Shown here: piece by piece, positions 20,252-29,882 of the stretch
Layout of the letters: every line of letters starts with the position of its first letter
Numbering within the stretch: position 1 is the stretch's first letter
Source of the DNA: a virus
Taxonomy: Duplodnaviria > Caudoviricetes
Strand: one strand, 5' to 3'
IMG/VR virus record: IMGVR_UViG_3300035182_001315
DNA length: 64,000 nt
Notes under the pieces: model-generated
What the model saw: the letters and a program-made list of their open reading frames with translations, nothing else
Database searches by the model: none
Told to the model about the DNA's origin: nothing
Translations under genes and position numbers: made by a program

Positions 20252-20405
20252 TTTAAATAGTTTTTGTTTGAATGATGAAGCAAAGATAAGACTATTTTTC
20301 AAACTTCCAAACTTTATTCAGGTTATTTTCCGGCTTTAGTAGACCTGCTGTCTACCAACTTGCGTACCTTGTGAGGTAACCGGCTTTTACCCTGTTTTGT
20401 TGCAA

Positions 20406-20678
20406 CTATTTTGAGTTACGGGCTATCTTGTGAAGTCCCTTAACAACATCCTTCAATATGGTGTATCTCATTGAGTGGCTTGTGGGATACTTTTCAGCGT
20501 CATCCATAGCGTGGTTAAGGAGTTGCTTTTGTTGGCCTGCTGAAAGTGTTGGCAGTTGTGAGTTATGCAAACACATTGAAACAAGGGTTTTAAGCATGGC
20601 AAGGGTTAGCTTTGTTTTCCCGTCGATCTGGTAAGCTATATCTTTATCTTGCCAATCGTGAAATATTGCATATAGCAT
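20406..20678 (-). CDS. hypothetical protein
   Basis: 90-aa ORF. Confidence 0.7.
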   Translation of the reverse strand: MLYAIFHDWQDKDIAYQIDGKTKLTLAMLKTLVSMCLHNSQLPTLSAGQQKQLLNHAMDDAEKYPTSHSMRYTILKDVVKGLHKIARNSK

Positions 20679-20680
20679 GA

Positions 20681-20860
20681 TTAATTATTGTGTATGGTTT
20701 GATTAATTTTGTACACTTCCATTGATGTATTGTAGATGTTGATAAATACTTCATTAAATGAAGGGTTACCAGCTGGCATAACAGTTGACTGAATTTTGAT
20801 ACCCGTCTTTACTGGTTCAGCTTGTTTTTTCGGAGCTAAGAGGCTAAGTAATTGTTTCAT
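20681..20860 (-). CDS. hypothetical protein
   Basis: Start MKQLLSLL after the promoter at 20885. Confidence 0.6.
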   Translation of the reverse strand: MKQLLSLLAPKKQAEPVKTGIKIQSTVMPAGNPSFNEVFINIYNTSMEVYKINQTIHNN

Positions 20861-20933
20861 AATTGGTTTGTTTGAATGATGAAGCAAAGATAAGACTATT
20901 TTTCAATAGTCCTAACTTTTTTACAAATTATTT

Positions 20934-21278
20934 TTAAAATTGGTAATTTGTTTGCTTTTCAATGTTTTCGTCGATTACTTTTACAAGCTGGTCAAAATAA
21001 AGGTCTTTAATTTCCTTTACGATTGTACCCATTGTAGAGGTCAAAAGAACGTCATATAAATCCATTCCGTTAACGCTGATATAAACGTGCCCCTTATGCT
21101 TATACCCGTTTGATTTGAAGCGTAAGGCTTTTTTATAGCCCTTTTCCGTTATTACGGTAAACGCAGTTGCGCCCCAGCTCCAAAAGATAGACTGAGAACT
21201 ACGCAATAATTGTAGTGTTTCATTCGGGTTAATATCCCGGCAGGCTTTAAAATGTTCGGCTAAATTAATCTTACTCAT
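20934..21278 (-). CDS. hypothetical protein
   Basis: Start MSKINL after the promoter at 21303. Confidence 0.7.
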   Translation of the reverse strand: MSKINLAEHFKACRDINPNETLQLLRSSQSIFWSWGATAFTVITEKGYKKALRFKSNGYKHKGHVYISVNGMDLYDVLLTSTMGTIVKEIKDLYFDQLVKVIDENIEKQTNYQF

Positions 21279-21342
21279 AATTGGTTTGTTTGAATGATGA
21301 AGCAAAGATAAGACTATATTTCGGTATTTCCAAACTTTATTT

Positions 21343-21603
21343 TTACCAACTTTGTGCCATCCAGATAAGGGTATTTTCTACGTTGGTATTGAACTTATTT
21401 GAAGTGGAAACAGCTTGTTCAAGCAATTCGCTTGCCCCTTCACCCTGAAAAAAGTATTCATCATTGCCGGAATAGATAGCCAGATAGGGCAATCCCCAAT
21501 TAATGTCTATTATTTTTTCACCAGCTGGTTGTGTTTCCTTGAAGTACTTACGGGCTGCTTTAGCCGTCCTGTTTATATCTGCTGCAAATTGTCTTGTAGT
21601 CAT
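21343..21603 (-). CDS. hypothetical protein
   Basis: 86-aa ORF. Confidence 0.65.
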   Translation of the reverse strand: MTTRQFAADINRTAKAARKYFKETQPAGEKIIDINWGLPYLAIYSGNDEYFFQGEGASELLEQAVSTSNKFNTNVENTLIWMAQSW

Positions 21604-21832
21604 TAGTTAACGTTTAAAGTATTGTCAAAAAATAGGATTAGCAGGTCTGTAATTGCTGCACTTGTTTCGTAACTGTGGTAAAATTCGGGATTGATTTTAA
21701 CTGTGTTTTCCATGTATGTTTGATTTAGTACTGTAAAGATAAGACTATATTTCGAATTACCAAACATTTTCTAAAATAAAAAACCCCGACATTTGCCGGG
21801 GCTGTTTTACTATTCAGGGCGAACCTGTTTTA

Positions 21833-22780
21833 TTATCTTACTATCTTTACATCTGATACGGTTGTTTTGCCGTCTATATCAATCTGCTGTATGCGGAAAT
21901 AAGTGTATTTTTCCTTAGCTACAGCAACATCATTGCTTTTTGTGCAAGAGGTAAACCCAATTAGTGAACCCATTACCAGCATCCCGGCAACCATTAACCC
22001 CTTACGATTCTTTACCATCCCGGCGAAGATAAGCAGCAACACAATGCCACCCAATAAGCCAATACCAGCCTTTTCAACGCTTGTAAGTGTATAAATGTAA
22101 TCTGTAGATATTTCGCTTGTACCATCTGCGTAATGAGAAGCAATAAAGCCAATGTTTGAGAAGTTTATACCATCTGTTGAACCCTGAATATTCCAACCCT
22201 TATTAGAATGTTCGCTTGTAGTTGTCCAACGTAAAACTACGCTGCTGTTTACCTTTGAAGCTGTAAAGTTAATCAATATAACCGGCAACCCACCTGAAAT
22301 AGTACATGTGTTTGCGCTTAAAGCAGATTCAGCATAATTGTGATTGTTTGTAATTGTTGAATTACCGCTAATTTTGTAACCTATTGCATTACCTGAATAA
22401 TTGTCATTAGCTGGGTCTGATGGATTATTTCCGTTATTGTTCGCATAAGTACAAGTAAGCTGCGCAGTAAGATTTGGATAAATACCGTTTGTGTTTGCAT
22501 ACTGGTAAACCGTAACTTGAAAGGATTTTGTTAAATCGTTTTCGTTTGAATTTGTTCCGAGTGTTGTTAAATATTTAACGGTTGTTGGGTTTATTGAAGT
22601 ACCAGCCGTAAAGCTAAAACCTGAATTAAGTGTTAACTTGACGTTTTGCGCACCATCAAATAAAGTTCCTTCAAATACAAAGGTGTGAGCCGTCCAGCAT
22701 CTAGACTTAGGTTTAATGTTGTGAGCAAAAGAACTTGCCGTTATAATAAGAGCAAGGGAAAATAAAATAATACGTTTCAT
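21833..22780 (-). CDS. Exported/membrane protein with a Bacteroidota T9SS-cargo-type 'LPVxLxxF' domain
   Basis: Signal peptide; GGLPVILINFTA..VLRWTTTSEHSNKGWNIQGSTDGINFSNIGF; transmembrane hairpin; YFRIQQIDIDG. Confidence 0.7.
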   Translation of the reverse strand: MKRIILFSLALIITASSFAHNIKPKSRCWTAHTFVFEGTLFDGAQNVKLTLNSGFSFTAGTSINPTTVKYLTTLGTNSNENDLTKSFQVTVYQYANTNGIYPNLTAQLTCTYANNNGNNPSDPANDNYSGNAIGYKISGNSTITNNHNYAESALSANTCTISGGLPVILINFTASKVNSSVVLRWTTTSEHSNKGWNIQGSTDGINFSNIGFIASHYADGTSEISTDYIYTLTSVEKAGIGLLGGIVLLLIFAGMVKNRKGLMVAGMLVMGSLIGFTSCTKSNDVAVAKEKYTYFRIQQIDIDGKTTVSDVKIVR

Positions 22781-22904
22781 GTTTTAAATTTTAGTTTTAA
22801 ATGATAAGAACATTGCAAAGATACTATTATTTTCCATAACTCCAAATCTATTTTAAGGAAAAAGAATTTTAAAAATACTTGCTAAAAAGTTTGCAGTTTC
22901 AAAA

Positions 22905-23012
22905 GATAGTCTTATCTTTACACTGTCGTTACTGTTGAACGTCAGGACAGGAGGAAGTTTCTTTATATACAGGAACTTGAGGTATACTCCAACCTACACG
23001 CTACTTTTTTTA
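22905..23012 (+). ncRNA. Promoter-driven small RNA candidate A
   Basis: Plus-strand promoter GATAGTCTTATCTTTA, then GTCGTT...GAGGTATACTCC...ACGCTACTTTTTTT; no ORF. Confidence 0.45.
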
Positions 23013-23085
23013 AGAGTTTTAAACACGAAAAAAACCCCGTAGGGTTTTCCTCTATTGTATAACCGTCCACTGTTATATCATTTCA

Positions 23086-23327
23086 AAATCGTCTTCAGGG
23101 TAATCTTCATCTCAGTACTCCAAAGCCATATCAAAATCCGGTTCAAAATCTTCATCTATTGGGTTATCATCCTGTAGTTCTTCAGGAGAAATATACAGGT
23201 CGAAATCGTCTTCAGGGTAATCTTCATCTGAGTACTCCAAAGCCATATCAAAATCCGGTTCAAAATCTTCATCTATTGGGTTATCATCCTGTAGTTCTTC
23301 AGGAGAAATATACAGGTCGAAATCGTC
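23086..23327. repeat. 117-bp tandem duplication (2 units + 8 nt)
   Basis: AAATCGTC recurs at 23086, 23203 and 23320; the units differ at one base (TCA/TGA codon). Confidence 0.9.
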
Positions 23328-23351
23328 AAATTGTGCGTTTTTGTCTTGCAT
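23112..23351 (-). CDS. Extremely acidic small protein (possible DNA mimic)
   Basis: 79 aa, Asp/Glu-dominated, almost no basic residues; own promoter at 23384. Confidence 0.65.
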   Translation of the reverse strand: MQDKNAQFDDFDLYISPEELQDDNPIDEDFEPDFDMALEYSDEDYPEDDFDLYISPEELQDDNPIDEDFEPDFDMALEY

Positions 23352-23888
23352 AATTGTAGAGTTTTAATGTTTGAATGATGAACCAAAGATAAGACTAAAT
23401 TTGGTTATCTCCAAACTTTTGTACAACTATTTTTAAATTAATTTTCGTAATACCATGCCATTTTATTTTTGGCTGTATCGCTGAGCATATCACTTGCAAT
23501 CTCCTTTACCTTATTGTCAGGTGTTTGTTCGGTAATTTCACAATCTACCATTTCGCTATACTGCCAAGGCTTTTGGCGGCATTCTACCATAGTTTCGTTA
23601 AACAGGTCTAACTTTTCTTTTAAAGCTACGCTAATAGGCTAGTTCATATTATAGTGTGGTTTGATGAATGTAATCAGCGGCCATACATTCAAGCAGTTCC
23701 ATTGATTCGCCGCCTAATAAACCGTAATCCAATATTTCAGCAGGTGTTAACGGGGCAAGCTTTGCCTTCGCTATCAATCCGTTAAAGATTGCTATTGATT
23801 CCGTTTGTGTGCGTACTATTTTCATGGTGTAAAGATAAGACTATTTTTCAATAAAACAAATTTGTTTCTATGAAATATTAAACTATCT

Positions 23889-24311
23889 TTGCAGTTCATC
23901 AAATCAATTAATATGCAAATTATTTTAAGCAATGAAGAAAAAGAACAGGTTCTTCATACAATATTATGTGACGGGTTGAGTCCGTTAAATGGTTGCGGAT
24001 TAGATATCAAATATAGTGATAAATCCTATGCAGCGGCCAAAAAAACTTGGCTTGAAGCTAATCCGGCTAAATCACCATGCCAGGAGGATATTTGGTTACA
24101 GATTATCAAGGATGGTAATTTTACGATTGTTGATTTGGAAGGTGAAGGCGAACATACCAAAAAACTAACCTTGGATATGCTTGATTCCATCAAATCCGAA
24201 AGGGTTGTAGGATTGATTAAGAATATCCTCGATGAGGATGGTGATTACGATGCATGGGATGCGTTTGATATCCTTCAATACATTCTGTACGGTGAATTGG
24301 TGTTCGGTTAA
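23889..24311 (+). CDS. hypothetical protein
   Basis: Plus-strand TATCTTTG promoter at ~23885 and a terminator after the stop; real start may be 23913. Confidence 0.75.
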   Translation: MQFIKSINMQIILSNEEKEQVLHTILCDGLSPLNGCGLDIKYSDKSYAAAKKTWLEANPAKSPCQEDIWLQIIKDGNFTIVDLEGEGEHTKKLTLDMLDSIKSERVVGLIKNILDEDGDYDAWDAFDILQYILYGELVFG

Positions 24312-24317
24312 CTTACA

Positions 24318-24340
24318 AGGCCCTTAGGGGCCTTTTTTTG
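24318..24340 (+). terminator. intrinsic terminator
   Basis: AAGGCCC-TTAG-GGGCCTTTTTTT. Confidence 0.75.
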
Positions 24341-24357
24341 GCTCTATTCGTTTCCAT

Positions 24358-24373
24358 GTACACAAATGTGTAC
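24358..24373. repeat. GTACAC-AAAW-GTGTAC palindrome, copy 1 of 5
   Basis: Other copies at 28481, 37410, 38001 and 38304. Confidence 0.85.
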
Positions 24374-24424
24374 CTATAGCAAAAGGCCCCGTTAAGGGCC
24401 TTTAAAATGCGTTAGATTGAAGGG

Positions 24425-24649
24425 TTAAAGACTAGTATCATTCATTAGGAACTCATCTGTCAGACACTTAGGGCATCCCCAAAACTCTTTATTGTATTGC
24501 CTGCTAATATCGGTTATGTATTTCAGTGACGGCATTGTCCCGTCAATAACGGGTATCTTTTGGGAGTTTTCGTTGGGGTTTGGGTTGATATACAAGTTCC
24601 AACACATATTACAACGGCAAACGTATTGGGGTGTGGCATGTATTAGCAT
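24425..24649 (-). CDS. small Cys-rich hypothetical protein
   Basis: CNMC and GCPKCLTDEFL zinc-ribbon-like motifs. Confidence 0.6.
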   Translation of the reverse strand: MLIHATPQYVCRCNMCWNLYINPNPNENSQKIPVIDGTMPSLKYITDISRQYNKEFWGCPKCLTDEFLMNDTSL

Positions 24650-24877
24650 GGTTAGGGGTTTAGAATATAAATATAAGACTATTTAACCAAACTTACAAAT
24701 TATTATGAAGAAAATCTTCAGTGAATAGATATTCCTTCATGGCATTGGTTAGCCGTTCCAGAACATCATTAGCCATGGCAGGGGATACGTTAAAGGTGTA
24801 TTGCTTATGCACCTCTACAATATCCTCTATTGCCTTCTTTATCTTGTATTAAGAATGTTGTGTAACATCGTTGTAAA

Positions 24878-25444
24878 TTAAAGGGTTATCAAATCTTCAG
24901 CCTTTGCGCCTGCTTGTTCAAGTATTCCGTTTTCCAGTATATCACTACCGTAAAAACCCCAACAAGAATCTTGCTCTTCACCGGCATCCTTAGCCTCTTC
25001 ATTGGCGTAGGTTTTAAAGCCAAATGTTTCACCAGTAAGAAACTGGTTATACGTGGTAACTTCAGCCAGTAGGTTAAGCCTTGCCTTCTCAATGATTTTT
25101 TTTGTCACACGCTTAACGCTGTATTCTTCACGTAGCTTTGCCTTTGTTATGTAGATAAACCCAATTTGACCAGAATCCCAAGGGCAAGAGAATGGAGTAG
25201 TACGGATTGTAATACCTGAATGGTCATACATGTACATTGGAAGAAGTAAACCGATACCCTGTTTTTTAACAGCGGCCATTGCCTCATCGGGAGAATCGTA
25301 TTTGTGCTTGTCGCCAAGTGTATAACGTCTATGGAAACAAATCATTGTACCAAAGTTATCCCACTCTTCACGGGGGTTTTGTGCATCGTTATCCTGAATT
25401 ACTTCAATGATACGGCCATCTTTTAAGTTGTAAGTGTTACGCAT
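24878..25444 (-). CDS. conserved phage hypothetical protein
   Basis: NPREEWDNFGTM, MYDHSG and DSCWGFYG motifs; own promoter. Confidence 0.75.
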   Translation of the reverse strand: MRNTYNLKDGRIIEVIQDNDAQNPREEWDNFGTMICFHRRYTLGDKHKYDSPDEAMAAVKKQGIGLLLPMYMYDHSGITIRTTPFSCPWDSGQIGFIYITKAKLREEYSVKRVTKKIIEKARLNLLAEVTTYNQFLTGETFGFKTYANEEAKDAGEEQDSCWGFYGSDILENGILEQAGAKAEDLITL

Positions 25445-25562
25445 AGTTGTATGTTTGTTTTATGATGAATCAAAGATAAAACTATATTTCGGTATTACCA
25501 AATGTTTTTAAAAATAAAATGCCCCAATTAAGGGGCATCTTATAGGCGTATCAATAGCCCTT

Positions 25563-25826
25563 TTATTTCAAACCAACTATGCTCTTTAATTCTGCTTTAA
25601 TCTGCCTTGCGTCCTCACCACGCCATGTAGTGGCATTGCTTAGGAAATAGAGTACCAAAGATTCGGCAGTATCAGCGCCGTACATATCTCCCTTCTTTTC
25701 CACTGATAACATTGCATTGGCGTAGGGAACAGCGCCGAAATACATCTTGCCTTTGCCTTGTCCAACCGGCCAATACTGAAAAATTTCCTGTGCGATAACG
25801 TTGATAGGTCTGTGTGTGTTTGTCAT
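25563..25826 (-). CDS. hypothetical protein
   Basis: Own promoter and terminator. Confidence 0.75.
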   Translation of the reverse strand: MTNTHRPINVIAQEIFQYWPVGQGKGKMYFGAVPYANAMLSVEKKGDMYGADTAESLVLYFLSNATTWRGEDARQIKAELKSIVGLK

Positions 25827-25880
25827 ATATCGTATTGTTTAGAATACAAAGATAAGACTATTTTTGACACTTCCAAACTT

Positions 25881-26105
25881 TTATTCCACTTCTTCTTCAA
25901 TTTCCTCAACCTTTCCATCGTAGTCAAGATTTTCCATATCAGCAACAAACATAAGGAACAACTCAAAGGTATCAGTTGAATGCAACCGGCCAATACCATA
26001 GATACCATTACCCTTATAACCAGCCTGACTTTCAAAAGTCTTACGGTAACGCTTATCCATTGATTCGGTAACTTGTGGCTCCAATTGGGCTATTATCTTG
26101 CTCAT
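25881..26105 (-). CDS. hypothetical protein
   Basis: 74-aa ORF. Confidence 0.65.
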   Translation of the reverse strand: MSKIIAQLEPQVTESMDKRYRKTFESQAGYKGNGIYGIGRLHSTDTFELFLMFVADMENLDYDGKVEEIEEEVE

Positions 26106-26551
26106 ATAGAAAAGGCTTTAATAGAATCTTTTAAGATATGCAGGTTAGACAGTATCCGGCTGTTATAGCAGAATCTGTCACCCATGAATTCCTGTAGGGT
26201 TACGGCTTCAAGGCAATAGTTTTGCAGGATTGAAACAAGTGTAACCTTCATGCGTACAGATGGAATCATTTCCTGACTTATGGTTTGCCCTTCGTCGTTC
26301 TTTGTGTATTTGTAAACATCAAAGTTTACAGAATCACTTTCCAGAATTTCGTGTACGGCTTCATTATCCAATAGCAACTTTGTGCCGCCAATGTACCCAC
26401 GTATATCCAGCGTTTGATAAAATTCGTTTGGAGCTTTGTCGTGCCAAAGGCTATGATTGATAGCGGCATCGATTTTTTCCTTGTCGAAGGGAATGACGTA
26501 AGTGTCTTTGTATTCGTTTGTGTAGAGGTCGATGTACTTTTGCTGTACCAT
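26102..26551 (-). CDS. hypothetical protein
   Basis: Start MVQQKY after the promoter at 26570. Confidence 0.7.
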   Translation of the reverse strand: MVQQKYIDLYTNEYKDTYVIPFDKEKIDAAINHSLWHDKAPNEFYQTLDIRGYIGGTKLLLDNEAVHEILESDSVNFDVYKYTKNDEGQTISQEMIPSVRMKVTLVSILQNYCLEAVTLQEFMGDRFCYNSRILSNLHILKDSIKAFSI

Positions 26552-26614
26552 AGTTGTTGATTTAGAATACAAAGATAAGACTATTTTTGATATTTCCAAA
26601 TCTTTTTTAAAATA

Positions 26615-26945
26615 AAAAAAGGGCCGATGTAGAAACATAGCCCTGTCTAAATCCAATATCCTATGAAAAACCGACTTTGAAATTCGGTGGAAGCGAAACG
26701 GTTACCCGTCCCTTTATATTTAGCTCATTCACTTTTACACGTGCTATTATGTGAACCCCTTCATACATTGAGCTTTCGCAACTCCCCGAATTTCTTAATG
26801 TTGTTTAGGCTCCGCCTGTTAAAACAATTGGATTACCTAATACTTTTAGAAAAACCGCCCCTACACTGGTGTAACCTTTCCAGCAAAGTTTTGATAATAG
26901 CCCTGCATATTAAGCAGGATGATGAGGCGTGTTTTACCTAATATT
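26615..26945 (-). ncRNA. Structured non-coding RNA candidate
   Basis: No convincing ORF; hairpins CCTGC-N7-GCAGG, GAG(TT)GC-GAAA-GCTC, ACGG-GTAA-CCGT, CCGA-N9-TCGG; ends in a terminator. Confidence 0.45.
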
Positions 26946-26946
26946 T

Positions 26947-27060
26947 TTAACGATGTCCGTACCCAACATATCCACGGGTAGCCTGACAACCATTCTGAGT
27001 TCTGCATGATGTTGCAAACAATGCTGCAATTACCAATACTGCTAAGATTATACGTTTCAT
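26947..27060 (-). CDS. small lipoprotein
   Basis: MKRIILAVLVIAALFATSC lipobox. Confidence 0.65.
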   Translation of the reverse strand: MKRIILAVLVIAALFATSCRTQNGCQATRGYVGYGHR

Positions 27061-27130
27061 AAATTTCGTTTGTTTTTTAATGTGATACAAAGATAATTCT
27101 TTTTTCGTAACTTCCAAACTTTTCACCAAA

Positions 27131-27406
27131 TTATTTCATCTTTATTATTTTCTCTATTTCCGCCTCACTAACTTTCCCCTCTGCTATTACCTTAACCGTA
27201 ATCAGTCCAGCCGTTGGGTGTTTCCTGTGTCTGAATTCATGTATGGTTATATCCTTTTGCCTGTAGCTACCCATATACTGCCATGATTCGCCGTCATTGG
27301 TGGCAATTGAAGGGGCTTCAAGTCCTTCGTTAATTGGGTGTGTTTCCAGCCAGCTCCACATAGAGTGCCATTCAGAGCTGTTTTCTTTAATCAGTATCAT
27401 TTCCAT
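27131..27406 (-). CDS. hypothetical protein
   Basis: 91-aa ORF. Confidence 0.7.
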   Translation of the reverse strand: MEMILIKENSSEWHSMWSWLETHPINEGLEAPSIATNDGESWQYMGSYRQKDITIHEFRHRKHPTAGLITVKVIAEGKVSEAEIEKIIKMK

Positions 27407-27437
27407 ACCGATTAATATAACATCATTCCCTAAAATG

Positions 27438-27740
27438 TCAACACTGTCTTAATACCAGCGTAGCATTGGCCAGCAACTTTTTGAAGTCTTCCGCTGCACC
27501 GTCTTTAAATACCCTTTCAGCAGGAACAAAAGAACAGATACCCTTCAAGGCCACCAAAGCCTTTCTTAGGTCTTCGTAGTTATTCAGTATCTTGGCAACC
27601 ATTTCAGCATGTTCAAGGTCTTCTTTTTTGGTGTACTGAGAATCTACGCTGAAATTCGCAATGATGTTTTCTGTATAATCCCGTAAAACAATATCGTTAT
27701 TGTCCGAATGTTTTGAGATTGTAACTTTTCCTTTTATCAT
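27438..27740 (-). CDS. hypothetical protein
   Basis: 100-aa ORF. Confidence 0.7.
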   Translation of the reverse strand: MIKGKVTISKHSDNNDIVLRDYTENIIANFSVDSQYTKKEDLEHAEMVAKILNNYEDLRKALVALKGICSFVPAERVFKDGAAEDFKKLLANATLVLRQC

Positions 27741-27934
27741 TTTAATAACGTCTTTAGTATTGGCAATATTGCCGGTATCCTGAAATTCTTTTGCTTCGCC
27801 AAATATTCAGCAAGGTATTGAAGGGCATGTTTGTTGCCTTTAGCCATATCCCTCATAGCTTCTGGGGCTTTATCAAAAGCGTCCTTAACTTCATAATTGA
27901 ACCAGCTATCAATTTGCTCTACTGTTTTTTCCAT
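27737..27934 (-). CDS. hypothetical protein
   Basis: 65-aa ORF after the promoter at 27955. Confidence 0.7.
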   Translation of the reverse strand: MEKTVEQIDSWFNYEVKDAFDKAPEAMRDMAKGNKHALQYLAEYLAKQKNFRIPAILPILKTLLK

Positions 27935-28081
27935 GTGGTTTGCTTTAGTAATACAAAGATAAGACTATTTTTGATACTTCCAAACTTATTTATAAATATT
28001 TTATTTTGTGTATCTTGTAACTAAATCTCATGAAATATTTGGTAATCTTATTATTCTCATTAGTTTTGCTGCTCAGATGCA

Positions 28082-28474
28082 ATCAATCTACTTCCCTAAA
28101 TTCATATGTTCGACTGATTCGCCCTACAAGGGGTGTACCACTGGTATTAGGTTATATCAGGGGCAAGCCATAGCATACTTGACCTTGACCAACTCCTAAG
28201 GTATGGCATGTATACTGATACGGTATCATTGGGTGAATTCATTGGTATCGGCGGCAAGTCAAATATCTACATACCTGCCGGTTTAACCGACTTCCAATTG
28301 GGAGAAAAATTCTATACAGTTCCATTCACATCTACAGATTTATCCGGGGCGATTACTAACCTTCAAACCTTCCAAGGTATTCGTGTGTTCGGCATATTGG
28401 GTTCCGATTTCATTAACAAATACGGTTGCTCAATCAATTACCGGCTCAACGTGCTCACACTCACCAGACAGTAA
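28082..28474 (+). pseudogene. Retropepsin-like aspartic protease, disrupted
   Basis: C-terminal GILGSDF motif; upstream in frame WY*VISGASHSILD (degenerate DSGAS) with several stops. Confidence 0.55.
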
Positions 28475-28713
28475 GCGCATGTACACAAAAGTGTACAATG
28501 GGTATAAAATAACCCACCTTTTGAGTGGGTTATCGTTATTCTTAATTAACAATACTTACTTGAATGCGTGTACAATTGAGTACCCAACAAAGATAACAAT
28601 CGAAATGGTTATGGTGTAAATGGTAATCCAAGTAATCCGCCTAACATTAATATCCTTAATGTGGTTTGCTTTAGTAATACAAAGTTACGACTTTCGCAAG
28701 CATTTTGCCAAAT

Positions 28714-29568
28714 TTATTTTGTTATTAACATATCCATTTTCATATCAACCTTTTTCCCTGTCTTTAATTCCTTCATCTTAGGGAACATAACCCGCAACTC
28801 ATCAATGGTTAACAAGCCAAATCCTTTGAACTTCTTAGATTGTTTCAGGTTCAATTTGGTGTTATGAGATACAATGAAGTTCTTACCAGCATCAATCTTT
28901 GCTTGCTTATCTTCGCCGGTGTAATCTTTAAGCTTTTCTTCCACTTTTTCAAGGTAATACGGGTTGGTTGTTTCCAGTGATTCGCCACGGTAAGCCTTAA
29001 CATACGTATGAGCGTCAACGGGGGTAAGGTAAGGCAAGTCACTTGCACTGTAATGCAGTGTGCCATTTTCATTTGGCGTACTTTCATAGATGTTCATGAA
29101 GCAATACTTGCTTTCAACCATATCCACAATGTGTATGCCATCGTTATTGTCTCCAATGGTAAAGTCATGATTCGTTTGGCCTTTCTCATAAAATGATGAG
29201 TTGAAACCAGCGTCAAGCCATTCGGTAGTAACCGGATTGAAGTTCATTACATAGCCAATAGCAGTGGCAATGTCGTTAACACTGGTAAAGGTGTTACGGA
29301 ATGCAGCGGGGCAAATTGGTGAGTTATAACCACCCCAGCAATCCTTATCAGTTTTCAGTTTGCGGCTGAATTGCTTGCTGAAATTAAGCAAGCGTAAGCA
29401 ATGGTCTAAGGCAGAACGTGCGTAAAGCCATTGGTTATGGTATCCTAAGATAGCATATTCACCCTTGCCAAATTCTTTTACCAGATTCTTTTTTTGGGCT
29501 TCACTCAATGAAGGTAAACTGTGAAGCGGATTTGCGATTTTTACGAAGATTTGATGTCTTTGTCCCAT
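28714..29568 (-). CDS. hypothetical protein
   Basis: 284 aa, MGQRHQIF start and GDNNDG motif; own promoter. Confidence 0.75.
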   Translation of the reverse strand: MGQRHQIFVKIANPLHSLPSLSEAQKKNLVKEFGKGEYAILGYHNQWLYARSALDHCLRLLNFSKQFSRKLKTDKDCWGGYNSPICPAAFRNTFTSVNDIATAIGYVMNFNPVTTEWLDAGFNSSFYEKGQTNHDFTIGDNNDGIHIVDMVESKYCFMNIYESTPNENGTLHYSASDLPYLTPVDAHTYVKAYRGESLETTNPYYLEKVEEKLKDYTGEDKQAKIDAGKNFIVSHNTKLNLKQSKKFKGFGLLTIDELRVMFPKMKELKTGKKVDMKMDMLITK

Positions 29569-29721
29569 GATTGTTTTTGTTTAGAATGTAAAGATAAGAC
29601 TATTTTTCATACTTCCAAATTTATTTTCAATTAATCTTCGTCCTTTATCAACCCCTCAACAAACTTCACAGCTTTGTACTTTGAACACAAATTACCGTTC
29701 ATATCATTATTGAAAACAAGG

Positions 29722-29821
29722 TCAATCCCGGCACACCTGTTCTTCCTTGAAGTAGGCAAGCACTTCTAAAAGTGTCTTGAATTTCTGTAGATTAACCATA
29801 ACGATTTTTGCCAACAATGCC
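29722..29821 (-). mobile_element. Possible IS1595-family left-end remnant
   Basis: GGCATTGTTGGCAAAAAT end-like sequence followed by MVNLQKFKTLLEVLAYFKEEQVCRD*, resembling IS1595 transposase N-termini (recalled, not searched). Confidence 0.35.
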
Positions 29822-29882
29822 CCGACACATTTTACCGTGCCGAGGCCGTTGACCTGTCTGACTTAGCAGAACAGGCAGGCTC

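Noticed and set aside
20861-21305. Identical 'MLHHSNKPIM' N-termini of two ORFs
   Set aside because: These are translated promoter/leader duplications; the true starts are the downstream ATGs.
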